Shown here piece by piece: positions 11,786 through 24,600 of a stretch of DNA of 64,000 bases (position 1 is the first letter of the stretch; each line of letters opens with the position of its first letter). The notes beneath the pieces are model-generated. The model was not told the origin of the DNA. It saw nothing but the letters and a program-made list of their open reading frames with translations, and did no database searches. Source of the stretch: Orbicella franksi (taxonomy: Eukaryota); contig OZ116712.1 of assembly GCA_964199315.1 (NCBI GenBank), positions 7,378,001-7,442,000 on the forward strand. The letters run 5' to 3'. The position numbers and the translations under genes are program-made.

Positions 11786-14700
11786 GCTTGCCATCCAGAT
11801 GGTTTATATTTTTTCAGTAGATGTTAAATCAAACACCATAGAAACAATGTCAATCGCTTTCTTTGCGTCTTCAAAAATTGCCACTTCCGCTGGAACATGG
11901 GCCCTTGAGTAGAAAGACTTACCGACAAGCCTCAAACACAATTAGCTCGCTCGTCGTGTTCTGAAGCCATTAGTGGATTTCAAATTAAGCCTGCTGGAAG
12001 AGCTTGGCAATTTTGAACTCTGCAACTCCATGGCCAGTGAAATGTTGTGTTTGTAATAGAATACGCGGATCGTGTTTCTTTTCCAAGGCGCTGTTTGTTA
12101 TGGCAACTTTGCAAAACCGAGGCGCAAAAAAATAGTGAGCGCTGAATTGTTTACATCAAGCTATTACCCAAAAGATGCTAATTTAGAAGGCTAATAATGT
12201 TATGAGAGACGGGCGCGAACAAAGGGAGTGTTTATTGATTTTGCGAATTTATCGTTGTCGAAATGTCAGCCAAGCCATCAGCGAAATTCGTGTTAAACAA
12301 TGGCCCGTCTTCCTCGGCTAATCCAGGTGTTATCCAGATTGTCTCTTCGTCTTCGCTTTTAAAAAACATGTATAGATGTTCGTTTTGTTATGAGAGCACG
12401 TTTCAGTTTACGATATAGCTTTTTTTTTTTAATCAGAGTTCATTCGTTGGTTGGGATCCGAATAACCTTCAAGCGATCCAGTCATTATCGAACGGTTGTA
12501 ATCTACGTTTATAGTATCCATGTTTTGCCTGAGGGAGCTGAATGAAGGAAGAAACAAAACGGAAACATTCCTTTGAAAAAGGAATGCGAAAAAAATAACC
12601 CTTAACTCTCTTAATGACATTCGCTCCGAACGCGTGGAGGTTTTCCTTGTATCCTTGACCAGCTGATGTTTTAAGATGCTATATTTTAATACTGCGCTCG
12701 ATTTGCTCGATTTACTTCTCACAGTATTCACCAAAGTATTCGTTTTTTTCCAGTATAATTATGGACGTATAAACTTTACTTTGAAAAGATGCAAGGTTTA
12801 AGATGGCTCACCCCTCGTAGATAAGAAATCAACTCTTAAACAAAAATTAAGTGAACAGACAAACATTAAAGATGAACGCGTGAACATGTAAAACCTACTG
12901 CCTTGTACCGGCTAATTTTCGTAATACTTTAAGCACCGAAAAAACAGAATGGCCTGATCGAAATTCAAACAGCCGAACTAAGGCAAATTCACCTTCTATT
13001 TGGTTTAATTCAAGGTAGTTTCCATTGAAATAAATAGACGATTGGCTAGCTCCAGTGGCAAGTTGAACATCAGATATGCTTGTTAAAAAGCAATCTGCCC
13101 TAGACATGCCTTGTGTATTGATGAAAAACATTTCGAAACCTTTAAATTATTGCTGTAATGATGCGAGAAATTGAACCCATTCGAAAGTACACAAACGTTC
13201 GTGTTTAATTCCACTTGCACATTTTCCTGTTTTGAAAGAGAGCCATAAACCTTTGAAATTTGAGACGTTTTATTCTTACTTGCTAAGTGTGCCCGTCCAT
13301 TAGAGAAAAAAAAATAAGATGAATAATTTATGAAATATTTGACAGCCCATTAGTGGGCAGGTTGTGACAGTGTGAGCGTGTGCAGGGTATACCTTTCTAA
13401 CCCGTTTCAATTTCATTTTGTTTTAACTTCTTTGAAAAAAAAATAAACCTCTCTGGTTGTTTTGAAATCGTATACATCCGCCATGAATAACGAAATTCCA
13501 AAATTTCCTCTCTATTCAAGATTTACCCGCTATTTTTACATTTTTATTTCCAAACAGTTGCCATCACAATACGGGACTGTGTATAAGGGGACCTTTGTCC
13601 TACACATGGGAAATACAAACAGTTAATTTTAACTCTCGTGTTTACAAGATTCCTACCATGATATAATTATTTTCGACCAAACATCAGGCTTAAAATAATT
13701 TGAAACCAGTGGCGAATTCTGCAACGTGCTGCCAGTTTCTTTCTTTTAGGCCCACCCACCAGATTTTTTCCTTTGTCCCATTCATTAAAAACATTTTCTA
13801 TTCCAATTAAAAAGAAACTTGAAAGATCTTGTCAAGTTATGTCGGTTACTTTTTATTAAAAATGTTTCTGCTTCTCCACTTTCGCACCCATATGATAATA
13901 TGTTGTTATCCCCTTCTGAATCTATTGTTAGAATCCCTGTTCCTGAAAGGCACACTTAGAGGTTATCTTCCTTCGAACGCCCAAACGAAATTCATCTATA
14001 CGATAGTTATTAGTGTTTTTTCCTTTTGTAGGAAGTCGTTCTAAATGAGATAAGCACACAACGCAGGGTATTATCTTAAAGGAATTACACTTTGATACTA
14101 ATGCTTGCATGATAAATAAGTATCGCAAACCCAAAGACCTGTATCAACAATTCTTATTCTTTGCTATCGGTTCACTTTACAGACGTCCACACTGTTCGTC
14201 GCTTGCGGAAAACGTGTCCGAATTTTTAGATCGCTTCTCTTGCCAGACCCCCTTTCATCAATGCTATGGCTTACTCCGATTATTGCTTGTGATAAAGCTG
14301 TAATATTATTACCCGGCTTATTACAGCCTGAACGTCTAGTTATTGTCTTCTCTGACGTGTAACGTGAGGCAAAATTCTCGTTTTACATCCACTGCAACAA
14401 AATGACACAAGGTCTCCCTTACGTTTTTTGATACAACCGGATGTTTAGTTTCAAAGGCGCAGGTTGTGTTTTTGAAAAACGTTTCCCTGTTTTGGCGTGG
14501 CTTGTGTAGATTTTTATTGCTGGGGGTTGTTTTTGACAAAATATTTTACTCGGGCCATGTAACCTAATCGACTCAGTAGAGGTAGAGAATTTGAATAAAA
14601 GCGATAAACCAATAAAACATCCATTCTTTTCTGAATACATGTACATCAGTAAGACATTTCTAACGGCTTCCTTGTTATGCACAGTGATGGAGCTGGTTCC

Positions 14701-17700
14701 ATTTAGAAATTAAATGGCTTCGTTTTCCTTTGCTCTAAAATAGAGAAATTAACCTTCCATCTTAAATTAAGCGCCTCGGGACAACAAAGAACTGAAAATG
14801 TGTTACTAGACTATGATTAAACACTGTGAAGCGTCTTAAATTTATACTTAGGTAAAACAGGTTGGAGAGAACAGACTGAATCGTTTCTTGTCCAAATGGC
14901 GGGTGGCCAATTTCTTCCTCGCAGGTGAAACTCAATTAGCTGTTAATGCAATGCGATGGGTTGCTTTTGTTAGTTGCTCAACTGTGGAACTGGTTTTCAA
15001 CTCAGTGTCGAGAAGGAACTTTGAAGAATCCAAAAACCGTATTGCTTTGAGCAAAGTTTGGATCAAATCTGTTAGTTCTTAACAGCTTTTTACTTCATCT
15101 TCGTCTGTAACTTTTTCCTATCATGGGCAATTTCTACGACAAATTCTTCTGAAATTTCTACACCAGAGTGACCCACTTCGATGTTTGGACAAGTTCAAAC
15201 TTAAAACCAAACTCAGAAATTTTAAAACAGGCAGCACCAAGTGAAGAGCGCACTCCTCGGCAGCAGGTTGCACTGAATTGCTTTGAGAAATTGAAAGTCA
15301 GAGGTGAAGCGACATGAGGATTGACTTTTGGAGTGGAAAGTCGGATCACAGATACTGTCGGTTCCACAGCAAGACATAAACATTTATTGACGACTTATTC
15401 TGGTTTGCTTTAGCAGTATTGTGGATCTCTAACAGCGACTTGTTATTGACAAAAGAGCAGTCATTAAAGACTGAGGAGTTGATTATACAAATTGACTTTT
15501 TCAATTACGAACGGTTCTTAACATCCAACTTACCAAATGAAAGTTAAACTTGTGTCTTTTGCGGAGGGTCACATGTTACTTTTTATTATTAACGGATAAT
15601 GTGTGCAATACCATACGCCCGAGAGACTTATTTACGAAGAAGACATTTCTCTCACAATGAGTTTACACCAGCTTTTGTTTCACAAGGCACAGAGGTTATA
15701 GTTAGACCCGTTTCACAACTTATATACTATGAGGGGCGTTGAAACTGTGTGGCTTGTGGTTCAAACAAATCTGAAAGGGCTTTCGAGTTGAATGCTTTCA
15801 AAAACTTTTGATAAACAGCAACATCTGAGAGTTTTAGAGCCGCGAAGCTATTTCAGTCGAAACTTTTAATTCTAAACACTGCTAAACAATACATTCCAAG
15901 CACCTGTTCTTGCTTGATAAGATACTCGGTGTATTTAAATGATCTAATTTACTGCTAATAAACAGCATAAAACGTGACCCAGTTGTCCTGGGCGTTGGAA
16001 AAAAAAAAAACAACCTAGTTTCAAATTTGCCCTCGATAGTCATCCTTTTCAGATGGAGGTGAAAACCTGATTGGTGATCGTAACAACCTCACATTTGCCA
16101 GCTCTTGTACCCGGGTTTCTAGATGTCTGACAACAATCTTAATGCGATGTTATTTGATCAATCGCGCCACAAAGTCCCATCTCGTTTTCAGTGTCCTAGT
16201 TAAAAAGCTAGTGACCAAACAAAGTTGAAAGTAGATTGAAGAACAAACTGCGGGTCGAATCGGAAGTGTAATTCAACCTTTTTATCGACTTTTAAGTTTC
16301 TTTAACGACCCTCGTATCTTTTTCCTCTTGTCAATCGATTTTGAAAATCTGATATCCAAATTAGCCGACTCTGAAAACTTGAGAGTTTCTCCCACATTTA
16401 AATCAATTTTGATATCGGAAATAAAAATGCTAGGCATTTCCATATTTTTTGTTGTTTTTAATTTTAATCACCGCTTGGTTGTTGGAAATAGGATTTCCTT
16501 AAACTCGCCAGACAAGCTTTAGGCTCAGTACATTTTCTCAATCTTGAACGGCTTTTGTAAGTTGTAACATAAATGATATCTTCCGGTAATATTTAAATGG
16601 ACGCACTTTATTAAGTGCCGTCCTTGGACGCATCGCTCGACACGATTGGGGAGTTTTCTGCGAAAACGCAATTCATTTCTAAATAGGCTTTTAATTAAAC
16701 GACAGCGTGAAAGTTGTCTCATCGATGTTTCAACCTTTAAGCGGCACGAGTCAAAGGAAGTGTAGATAAAGCTCCTCCGTAAAAACTTGTAACCATTTGA
16801 TAATTTCAGTGATAATTATGCGATAGCATTTCTGAAAATAATACGAATGCAAGACTTTTTTCGTAAGGTCTTGTCACGAACCGGTGGAACGTCCAACTCG
16901 AATTAAGAGGAAAAAAGCTAGCATGATTGTAATTACTCTAACATCACACATGTTTAACATGGATATTTATTCTGCATTTCGCCTGGACCATATGCTACGC
17001 CAGGCCGCCCCCGTGTCTGTCAATGCAGCCTTCCTTATAGTATTTCGGGTCGTGATACTATCGATATAAAGTTACGTCGAGATCATCTCAGATGTTATCT
17101 CATGTGTGGGCTGCGGAGGCAGGATTTCGTTCATTTCCAGTTTTACCCCTGATAGAAAACTTGCCGTTACTGAATTTGATAGATCAAAATCGATATATTT
17201 ATTTTAGTGAGTTTGCTTGGTATTTTTTCGATCAGCCCTAAGTGGCTCCACCTCCGATTTCGCTGGTATCTCTCGCAAATCTTACCACCGGGTGAATGTC
17301 AAAGATGCAATTAGGTCGGTCTGCATGTAAACCAAGCAGTGCTTTTGTCTCCACTTGGTTTTATTCGCTCTCAAATACGTTCAAAAACATCACTTTCTTT
17401 TCTCTTTGTGTTCCCTGGCGTTGAAAACGTGCTTTTAACAGCAAGTATTGAGTTACATAAAAAGAGCGCATTACTCTTTGATATTTTGTTTCTAGCGAGT
17501 CGGTGTATTTTTAAGTTGGAAAAACATACTTCTCTGGATTTGACTCGCGCAAGATTTATTTTAAAAGCGTGTTAACGTTTTCATAATCCTTAATGCTGGT
17601 TTACGTCCTTCTGTTCTTTTCTTGTCAAATCCCATAATAAAATGCTTTCTGCTCAACAAGCTTAGGCCTTCGTTAATCCGTTTTTTGACTGCTCTTCAAA

Positions 17701-17831
17701 TTATATATCATAGTTTCATTTTTTGCACTTGTCAATTTACGAAACCAAATTCCAGTTTCCAAATGTCAGTGAAACGTTTTATTACCACAATGTAATCTTC
17801 TTAAATTTCAGGGAACTAAGGCGAAAGTGTG

Positions 17832-17908
17832 GAATTGCATACATAACTTGAGGAAAAAACCAATCTTTTCCTCAAGTTATGAGAAGTTTGTTATGTGCGA
17901 TGCAATTC
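17832..17908. repeat. Foldback: 16-bp perfect stem, 8-nt loop, imperfect outer stem
   Basis: cataacttgaggaaaa (17842-17857) pairs with ttttcctcaagttatg (17866-17881); gaattgcat (17832-17840) pairs with atgcaattc (17900-17908). Confidence 0.8.
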
Positions 17909-20167
17909 ATCCATGCACAAGTGAGGAGGGGTATCTGTTAATTTTCTGTTTAAGAATTTCCCCCCAAGACGCACAAAGATAACCTGGCGAATGTGAGTTT
18001 AATATAAACTTGATGGCGTGTTATTCTCAAGCATATTTAAAGCGGTCAGAGATATATTTGCCAAAGAAATTGTGATTTGTAAATTACTTTTCTCACAGGC
18101 GTTCAAAACAAACGTGTTCTAGATCATGCTTAGTTATGTTGTAAAGTAATAATTTGAGATACATCTAGACGCAATGAAAAGATCGACTCAACATCTGCAG
18201 GATATGGGAAGAGTGTAAACTAAAGGTGGACACAAGAGCATATGTTGAGCAACAAAATCGATATTTTTTCCTCTTGTTGATTGAATAAACAAGAATAGAT
18301 TTTATTTTATGCGCTTCTTGTGTGCAACTGATGTTTTTAATCGTATCATTCCGGTATATAATGCTTTGACATTGTTTCAGAGGTGAAGATCAAAAATTAT
18401 TTTACCCACGTTGAGAAATTTGTTTACCAAGTTTTGAATTTTTACTCAGGTGTTGTTGTCGGTTGCTCAGTGGCTTCTGTTGCGATGATTTTATGATTCT
18501 TTGGTTTCTTTACCTTAAGCTCGCCTACTTGAAAACAAAATGATAGCGAACACCAACTCATTAATTGTAGGTCGAATTTGTACAGGCTCTTCGCACGCTA
18601 CAATTCCCGCGCAATGGCCACCAGTAATGGTAGCAGTAATTGATTGAAGGCGTCGCAAGAAGGCGTCACAACATCTCACAGACCATGGTCGGTGCTCGGA
18701 AAGGTTCCATGAATGGAACCATGAAATGCAATTTTAATTTTTAAAAGATAATTGATGCTAGGTAATATGTGCAGAGTTCTGAAGGCGACAACAAGTCCCG
18801 GTGATGACCGATATAGTCATGAATTGTAAACAGGATATTGGAAAAGGAAGTGTGCAGATCGATGCACTTTTCACAAACGGCCTATCTTTCTTGTTCTTCC
18901 ATGCTACCTGACTATTCAGATTTTAGTTACGAAAATGGAAGGAAGACAGTACTGAACTCATTTTTAGTCGAGTTTAAAACCCGCAACATGTCCGTATCCC
19001 GGTAACATCACCCTTTGACGAAAATTCTTTCACCTGGACCTAAAATATCCCGGTTTTGGTTTCTTCCCACCAAGAGAAAGGTGCTTTTCAATCAGCCTCT
19101 GAATTCTGAATCGTTCCCATTGGGCATGAGGTAGCTTAGGTTTTTGGTTTGCGTGGCTAATACATAAGTTTGAACCGTGCAAGGTGATGTTGAGTCAGAA
19201 ACGAATGACGCAGCTTTTAGCTAACCTAAAATTACCGGAGAAGACTCGAACCTGAAACGGACTTCTCAACTTTAAATTGATGATAACAAGGTGAAAAGAA
19301 TACCAAGTTCTTACCGTTTGTGATTTTCCGTTTTGGCAAATGATATGATCGGTCGCCTGTAGCTACTAGCTCCTTGTCCTGGCGGGGAGGCTGGCTGTGT
19401 GCGTTAAGTCCCTTTGATGCGCCCGTGTCACCTGACAGCTAAAGAACACCCTTCAATCAACGTGTTGGGATTTCAAGGATGGCTCGTGGAATTAATTATG
19501 CCACGTACAAAGGTGCGAGTTTAGTCTGATGTTCCTCAACCATTTGGCCTTAAACTTGCGCAGCGTTTGACTATTGGAAAATTATTAAAATTCAGTGTAA
19601 AGTGAACAAGTCTGTCGTTTTTGGAGGGGTCGTATATTTTTTTATTAGATTACACGTAAATTTTCAACGCGAAGATCTTGTTTCGACTCACCCATAACAG
19701 ACTGTATCTGTTTTCGTATCGGGTAGCTCGCACATTAAAGGCAAACTACGGTCTCTAAACGATTTGGACGGCTCAGCATTTATTTTGGTTGGTCCATAAA
19801 TCGAATAACAATACGGTTAAGTTTTCAAGAAGTGCTAAAAATAGCACAGGAGGGAAGTTAAATAATCGCATGTGATGAGGCGAGCTGGAGGCGTGAACCC
19901 ACGCAACATTCCAGTTGTAAAAATAAGAACTTGGAAGTGAATTTCCACCATAAAATTGCTTTTCACTTTTCAGCAAGTTCTATTAGGGCCCCGAGTCGTA
20001 TTTCAAAACACGAAAGACGATTTGACGTGAGCCATGATTTGAAAACATAATGCCCAATGGAAATGAGTCAACGTGGGGTTATCAAATGGCTATCTACAAT
20101 TTCAAGCGGGACATTGTGTCTCCAATAAAGAAGAAAATCTGTCAGCAAGCCTTTGCAATAAACGTTT

Positions 20168-20390
20168 GTATCAGTTTATAAATGTCAAATAGCCCTGAAG
20201 GGAAATACCACAAAATTTGATACCCTGGAAGAAAAACAGATAAGCGGCCTTTGGGCATGTGATCCGTATGTTTCTTTGGTGGTCGATATTTTCAGATGAT
20301 AAAGGCCGTATCAGCCCAGAGTATAAGAGATGTATTTACCGCTCGTGGGGATATGATTTTCTTGTACGCTGTTTTACTCCATGGTGATAC
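20168..20390. promoter_or_regulatory. Cluster of four SIX-type GTATCA/TGATAC motifs (candidate enhancer)
   Basis: GTATCA 20168, TGATACCC 20218, GTATCA 20308, TGATAC 20385. Motif presence is seen; function is inferred. Confidence 0.4.
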
Positions 20391-21329
20391 ATATTGTCTT
20401 GTTTTTTTAGTCTGGGACATAAAATTGGCGTGGATCACATATGTTTATTTTTTTTCTCCTGTTGTTATGTTACTGACCAACGACATTGATCTTCTAAACC
20501 AATCGAAAAAGAGAACAAACGATAGATTGGGTGACTTTGAAACTGAGTAGGATTTTCGCCGTCAGGTCTGTAAAAAGTCTAAAAAATCGACATGTCTAGT
20601 CTGAAATTGGTTCAGGATTTCAACAAAGCCGTATGGTACCTACAACCCCTCGAATTAAGCTAAAACATCTAGAATTATAATAATCCCACATACTGAAATG
20701 GCTAACACAGTTTCCTTTGTCGATTTTTTGTTATTTGCTTTTGTTCACCTACCTGAAGGAACAAAAAGCTTCACAGTTTCCTGTTGCTCCGTGTGATTCC
20801 TTTAAAGAGTTTTGTCGAGTGAGCGCAAATCAAATTAACACACGCATTGTCAAGATATTAACCAGGCATTTCGTGTGCGTAATAAATATTTAACAAGCTA
20901 AACGGATTACCTAGTCGTTTTGAAGTAAGAATCAATCGCTCAGGTGTCGTGGACACCTCGTTAGCATTTTTGATTTCATATTTATGGCACGAGATGTTTT
21001 TAAAAACTGCCAGAGATCTTAAGTCGTAGTAAACTTTTCCTCTTGACAACCAATAATTTACCATTTAAAATAAATGTCGCGGGACGCAATGACCCGAAAC
21101 AATTTAATAATGTCTGGGTCCGGATTTAACACAAAAAAAGAAAGTTGGCTTCCAACGCCTATATGTCTAAAACGCTCTGATTGATTCCATGCTTGAACAC
21201 GAAATTTTAACCCATTTACTCTCCTGTGAGCTAAGTTCAAAACAACGTAAAAAGGCTAAATTTATTGTGCATAAAACAAACAGGGCAGCATGAGAATACT
21301 GTTCAGTTAGCTTTCTCTTGAATTTTCGG

Positions 21330-21600
21330 ATACTAGGGTTTTATTCACGAGCTTTTAAAAAAGTTAACACCAATACCGGTACAGCTTAGTAAAGAGTACT
21401 ACATGAAAGTGCTGCTCAATAGCTTTCATTTGAATTATGGGCACACACTAGGGTTTTATCCAAAGGCTTTAACGCTATATTCACAAGCTTAAAAGTTAGC
21501 ACCAATAAGAACAGTGTAATAAACAGAACTACATGGAAGTACTGTTCAATAGCTTTCAATTGAGTAGTCACACACTGGGGTTCCACACACAGGCTAAGAC
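21330..21600 (+). repeat. ~3 degenerate units of the ~105-bp tandem repeat
   Basis: gtgctgctcaatagctttcatttgaattatgggcacacactagggtt and gtactgttcaatagctttcaattgagtagtcacacactgggg. Confidence 0.75.
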
Positions 21601-24600
21601 GACAGAACCTGATTAATAGTTAGAAGGTGCGACTGTAGGAGTGAAAACCGTGGTAATACAATTTTCGGTGGCGTTATTTGTCCGACCGTTCGTGCCAAAC
21701 CCAACCCTGTACGGATACACTCACTATACGAAGCGTGTTGGCTCGCAAAACTTAGTCAATTTAATTCACATTCCAAAACTAAAGGCTTTGAAAAAATAAA
21801 ATGGTGGTGTATGTATATATATATTGCCCAGCGACTGTCCGCTTTTCAGGCTTGCTAGTACAGATATCGATCTATAGCATGACTCGATCCTACTATTCCA
21901 TTTCATGTTGTGACATTTTCTTAATCCCTCATGTCATCGAACTTCATCGATCAAAACAGACGGATGTTATTGTTAGGTCTAAACTTAACATTTAATTTTC
22001 TTCAATTTTTGTCGCAAGGTTTTAAATGCTGCTAGTAGAAGCCATGTTTGTTTGATGTCGGTTTGCTTGCCGGCTTTTTTCCTGTTCGGTGATTGCTTTT
22101 TCCACCTCGATGTTCAGCGTGTCTGTGAGAGGCCTTTCTGATAAGAAAGGTGCTCTATTTGAGAAGAATATGGGTTAGGTTCATCTCATCCGACCTGGTT
22201 ATCTTCCCTTAGCTTATTTTATAAAATTCGTGGTCTTTGGCATCTTTAACCGCCTTTTCGGCCTTTCCAGCGATTTAATGCTACTCCAAGTTTGAAGAGT
22301 GTCATTCACTGAAAACTACAACGTAGGAAGCGATAGCCTTGTATGTCCGGGTCCTTTCAGGTTACAGTGCTTTGATTCAGAACAAAAGAGCGAAAGATAT
22401 TTCCATTTCTAAATTTTCTGAACATCTGTCATAGTTCGTGTTTAAGTGCACCACGTGAATTTAGCGGCAGAAAGAGCATCATTTATTATTAACCACAACA
22501 ACGACGAGTCCTGTTTCATCCCTTTTCAATTCCCTTTTTTTCCACACGAGGGCCAATACTATTTTTTTATAACCAGTTGATGAGTTAGGAGGTTTGCATT
22601 GTTTTATTCATTAGAAGCGTTTGAGCTCACATATTCCATGTGCGACAATTCGCTTATATACATGTCCTCTTCGTTCTGCAAGCTCCGTTTATCATATTTT
22701 AGAGTTGCCGACTTGTTGAGCTCAGATATTTTGATTCAAAGATCTATGCCACTAATTTGTTTTAAATAATTACTTGATTGTTCCAACATAATGGAAACAT
22801 TTTCCCCGCTGGGTACTAAGTTTTCCTCCCTTTCAGTGCACAATGAAGTTTATATAAAATGTTTTGAAAACATTTACACTAACGTGTTCCATGGCGCAGG
22901 AAAGATCGACGATAGTGATGATGAATCTCAAGAATAAACAGTCCTTAATTTTTCCATGACAAAAGCAGGTGACCAACGTAAAAAAAAAAATAGCGACAAA
23001 GAACGTATTGTTTTCAACCGATTTGCTACCATTTTTTCCGGACTTACGTTCAGACAAATGAATAGCACGTAGGTAAGAAAAAAAGTTATATTTCGCTTTG
23101 AGAGCAATTTTAATTTTCCTTTCTTTTACTACCCAAGAGTTCCAGTACTTTACTTTCTTGGATTTGCAATTCCTTTCTTCCTGTTTTTGATATCATGTTT
23201 CCTCTCATTAAAACATTGCTTCTTTCTCCATCCTAACCTAACGTTTTTTCATTTGGTGACTATTTTTTAATCCGGGTACGCCTTCATTTTCATAAAAGTA
23301 AGACATCACCCCTGTTTTGTGCTGGTTGCCGCTGAATTTTTTTTCTTTTTCAAGTACCTATTTCGGGAAACGGAGCTTTACACGGAAGCAGGTAAACATA
23401 AGAGATTTCTGAGCCGATATATATTAAGTGCTACCACAGAGGGAACTTGCAGTTTTTATTGTGATCTTGACTGCTCCCTAATCTTTTGTTTTCTCCTAAA
23501 TGTGCGAGGACGTGTTTTGCACTCTAAAGAACTAAAAATTTGAATAATTTTTTTCAATAGTAAAAAATGATCCATTAAGTGCATACACAGAAAAGTTTTT
23601 CTTTCTTCAATTTATAAACAATAAAAAGGTGTGAAGTTAAGAGTACCAGTACATAGCCAGACCATGCTGTATCCTTAAGTGGGAGTCTGATTGAATTTTT
23701 ATGGGACTAAGTGAAAGTTAAGGAGAAATGCAATAGGGAAAAAGACCAGTGTGAAATCCACCGGTAAATGGACTACTTCAAGCACGAGAATACTTCAGGT
23801 AGGGGGTGGTCTATGCTGACACCCATTTATCAATTATTAACCCCCCTAAAAAAGCTAATTTTCAGTCTACACTAAATCCTTATCCTTCCTTTTATAATTG
23901 AAATCCACAAATCCTCGCTTTCTTCTCTTAACAAGCATAAAGAATTCTTCAAATTTTATGGAACCTGAACTATAAACCTATTGGGGTATTTTCAGATTGC
24001 ATAAGAACACAAAGAGTTAACAAGAGAATTGGTGCTAAAAAGTATGAAACATTTAGCATTCAACCGTAATCCTTCTTTAATTACCAGTTTTTCATTTCTG
24101 TTTCTCTGCCACTTTTAGAACTCTATTCTGTTCTATTTTGGTATGGAAATTACTTGATGGCGATCTCCTGTTAATTAACTAGTAATTACGGAGAATCAAT
24201 TGTGTAGCTTGAGAGTGAAAAGGGTTAACGTCTGTTAAAATTGTTCTCCTGGGCGGAAGACATTCGCTGTTAACTCATAGCCTGTGCTTTGCCGCGCTTC
24301 TAGTAAGAAGCACTTTGTCATTTACTGATAATGTAGCTAGAATATGGATGCTAATGGCAGTTAATAACTTTTGGAAATAAAAGGGTTGGCAAATTATAAC
24401 TCTTTTAGTGTTTTGCAAACCCCTTGCACTCAACAGGGTGTCAAATATCCCCAAATTTAATTTTTCGCATTAGCAAAATAGCAATTACAAAATACTGCTC
24501 ACTAGCTTTTTGTTCCAATGGTCATCATGTTCTTCCACAGAGTGAGACAGCCTTAAAATTAGGACCAAAGCAAAATCTACAGCACCACATGAAATTTTTC

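Noticed and set aside
11330-11820. Plus-strand ORFs of 65 and 131 aa overlapping Six1/2 exon 1 and promoter
   Set aside because: Antisense shadows of the coding exon with no recognisable domain.
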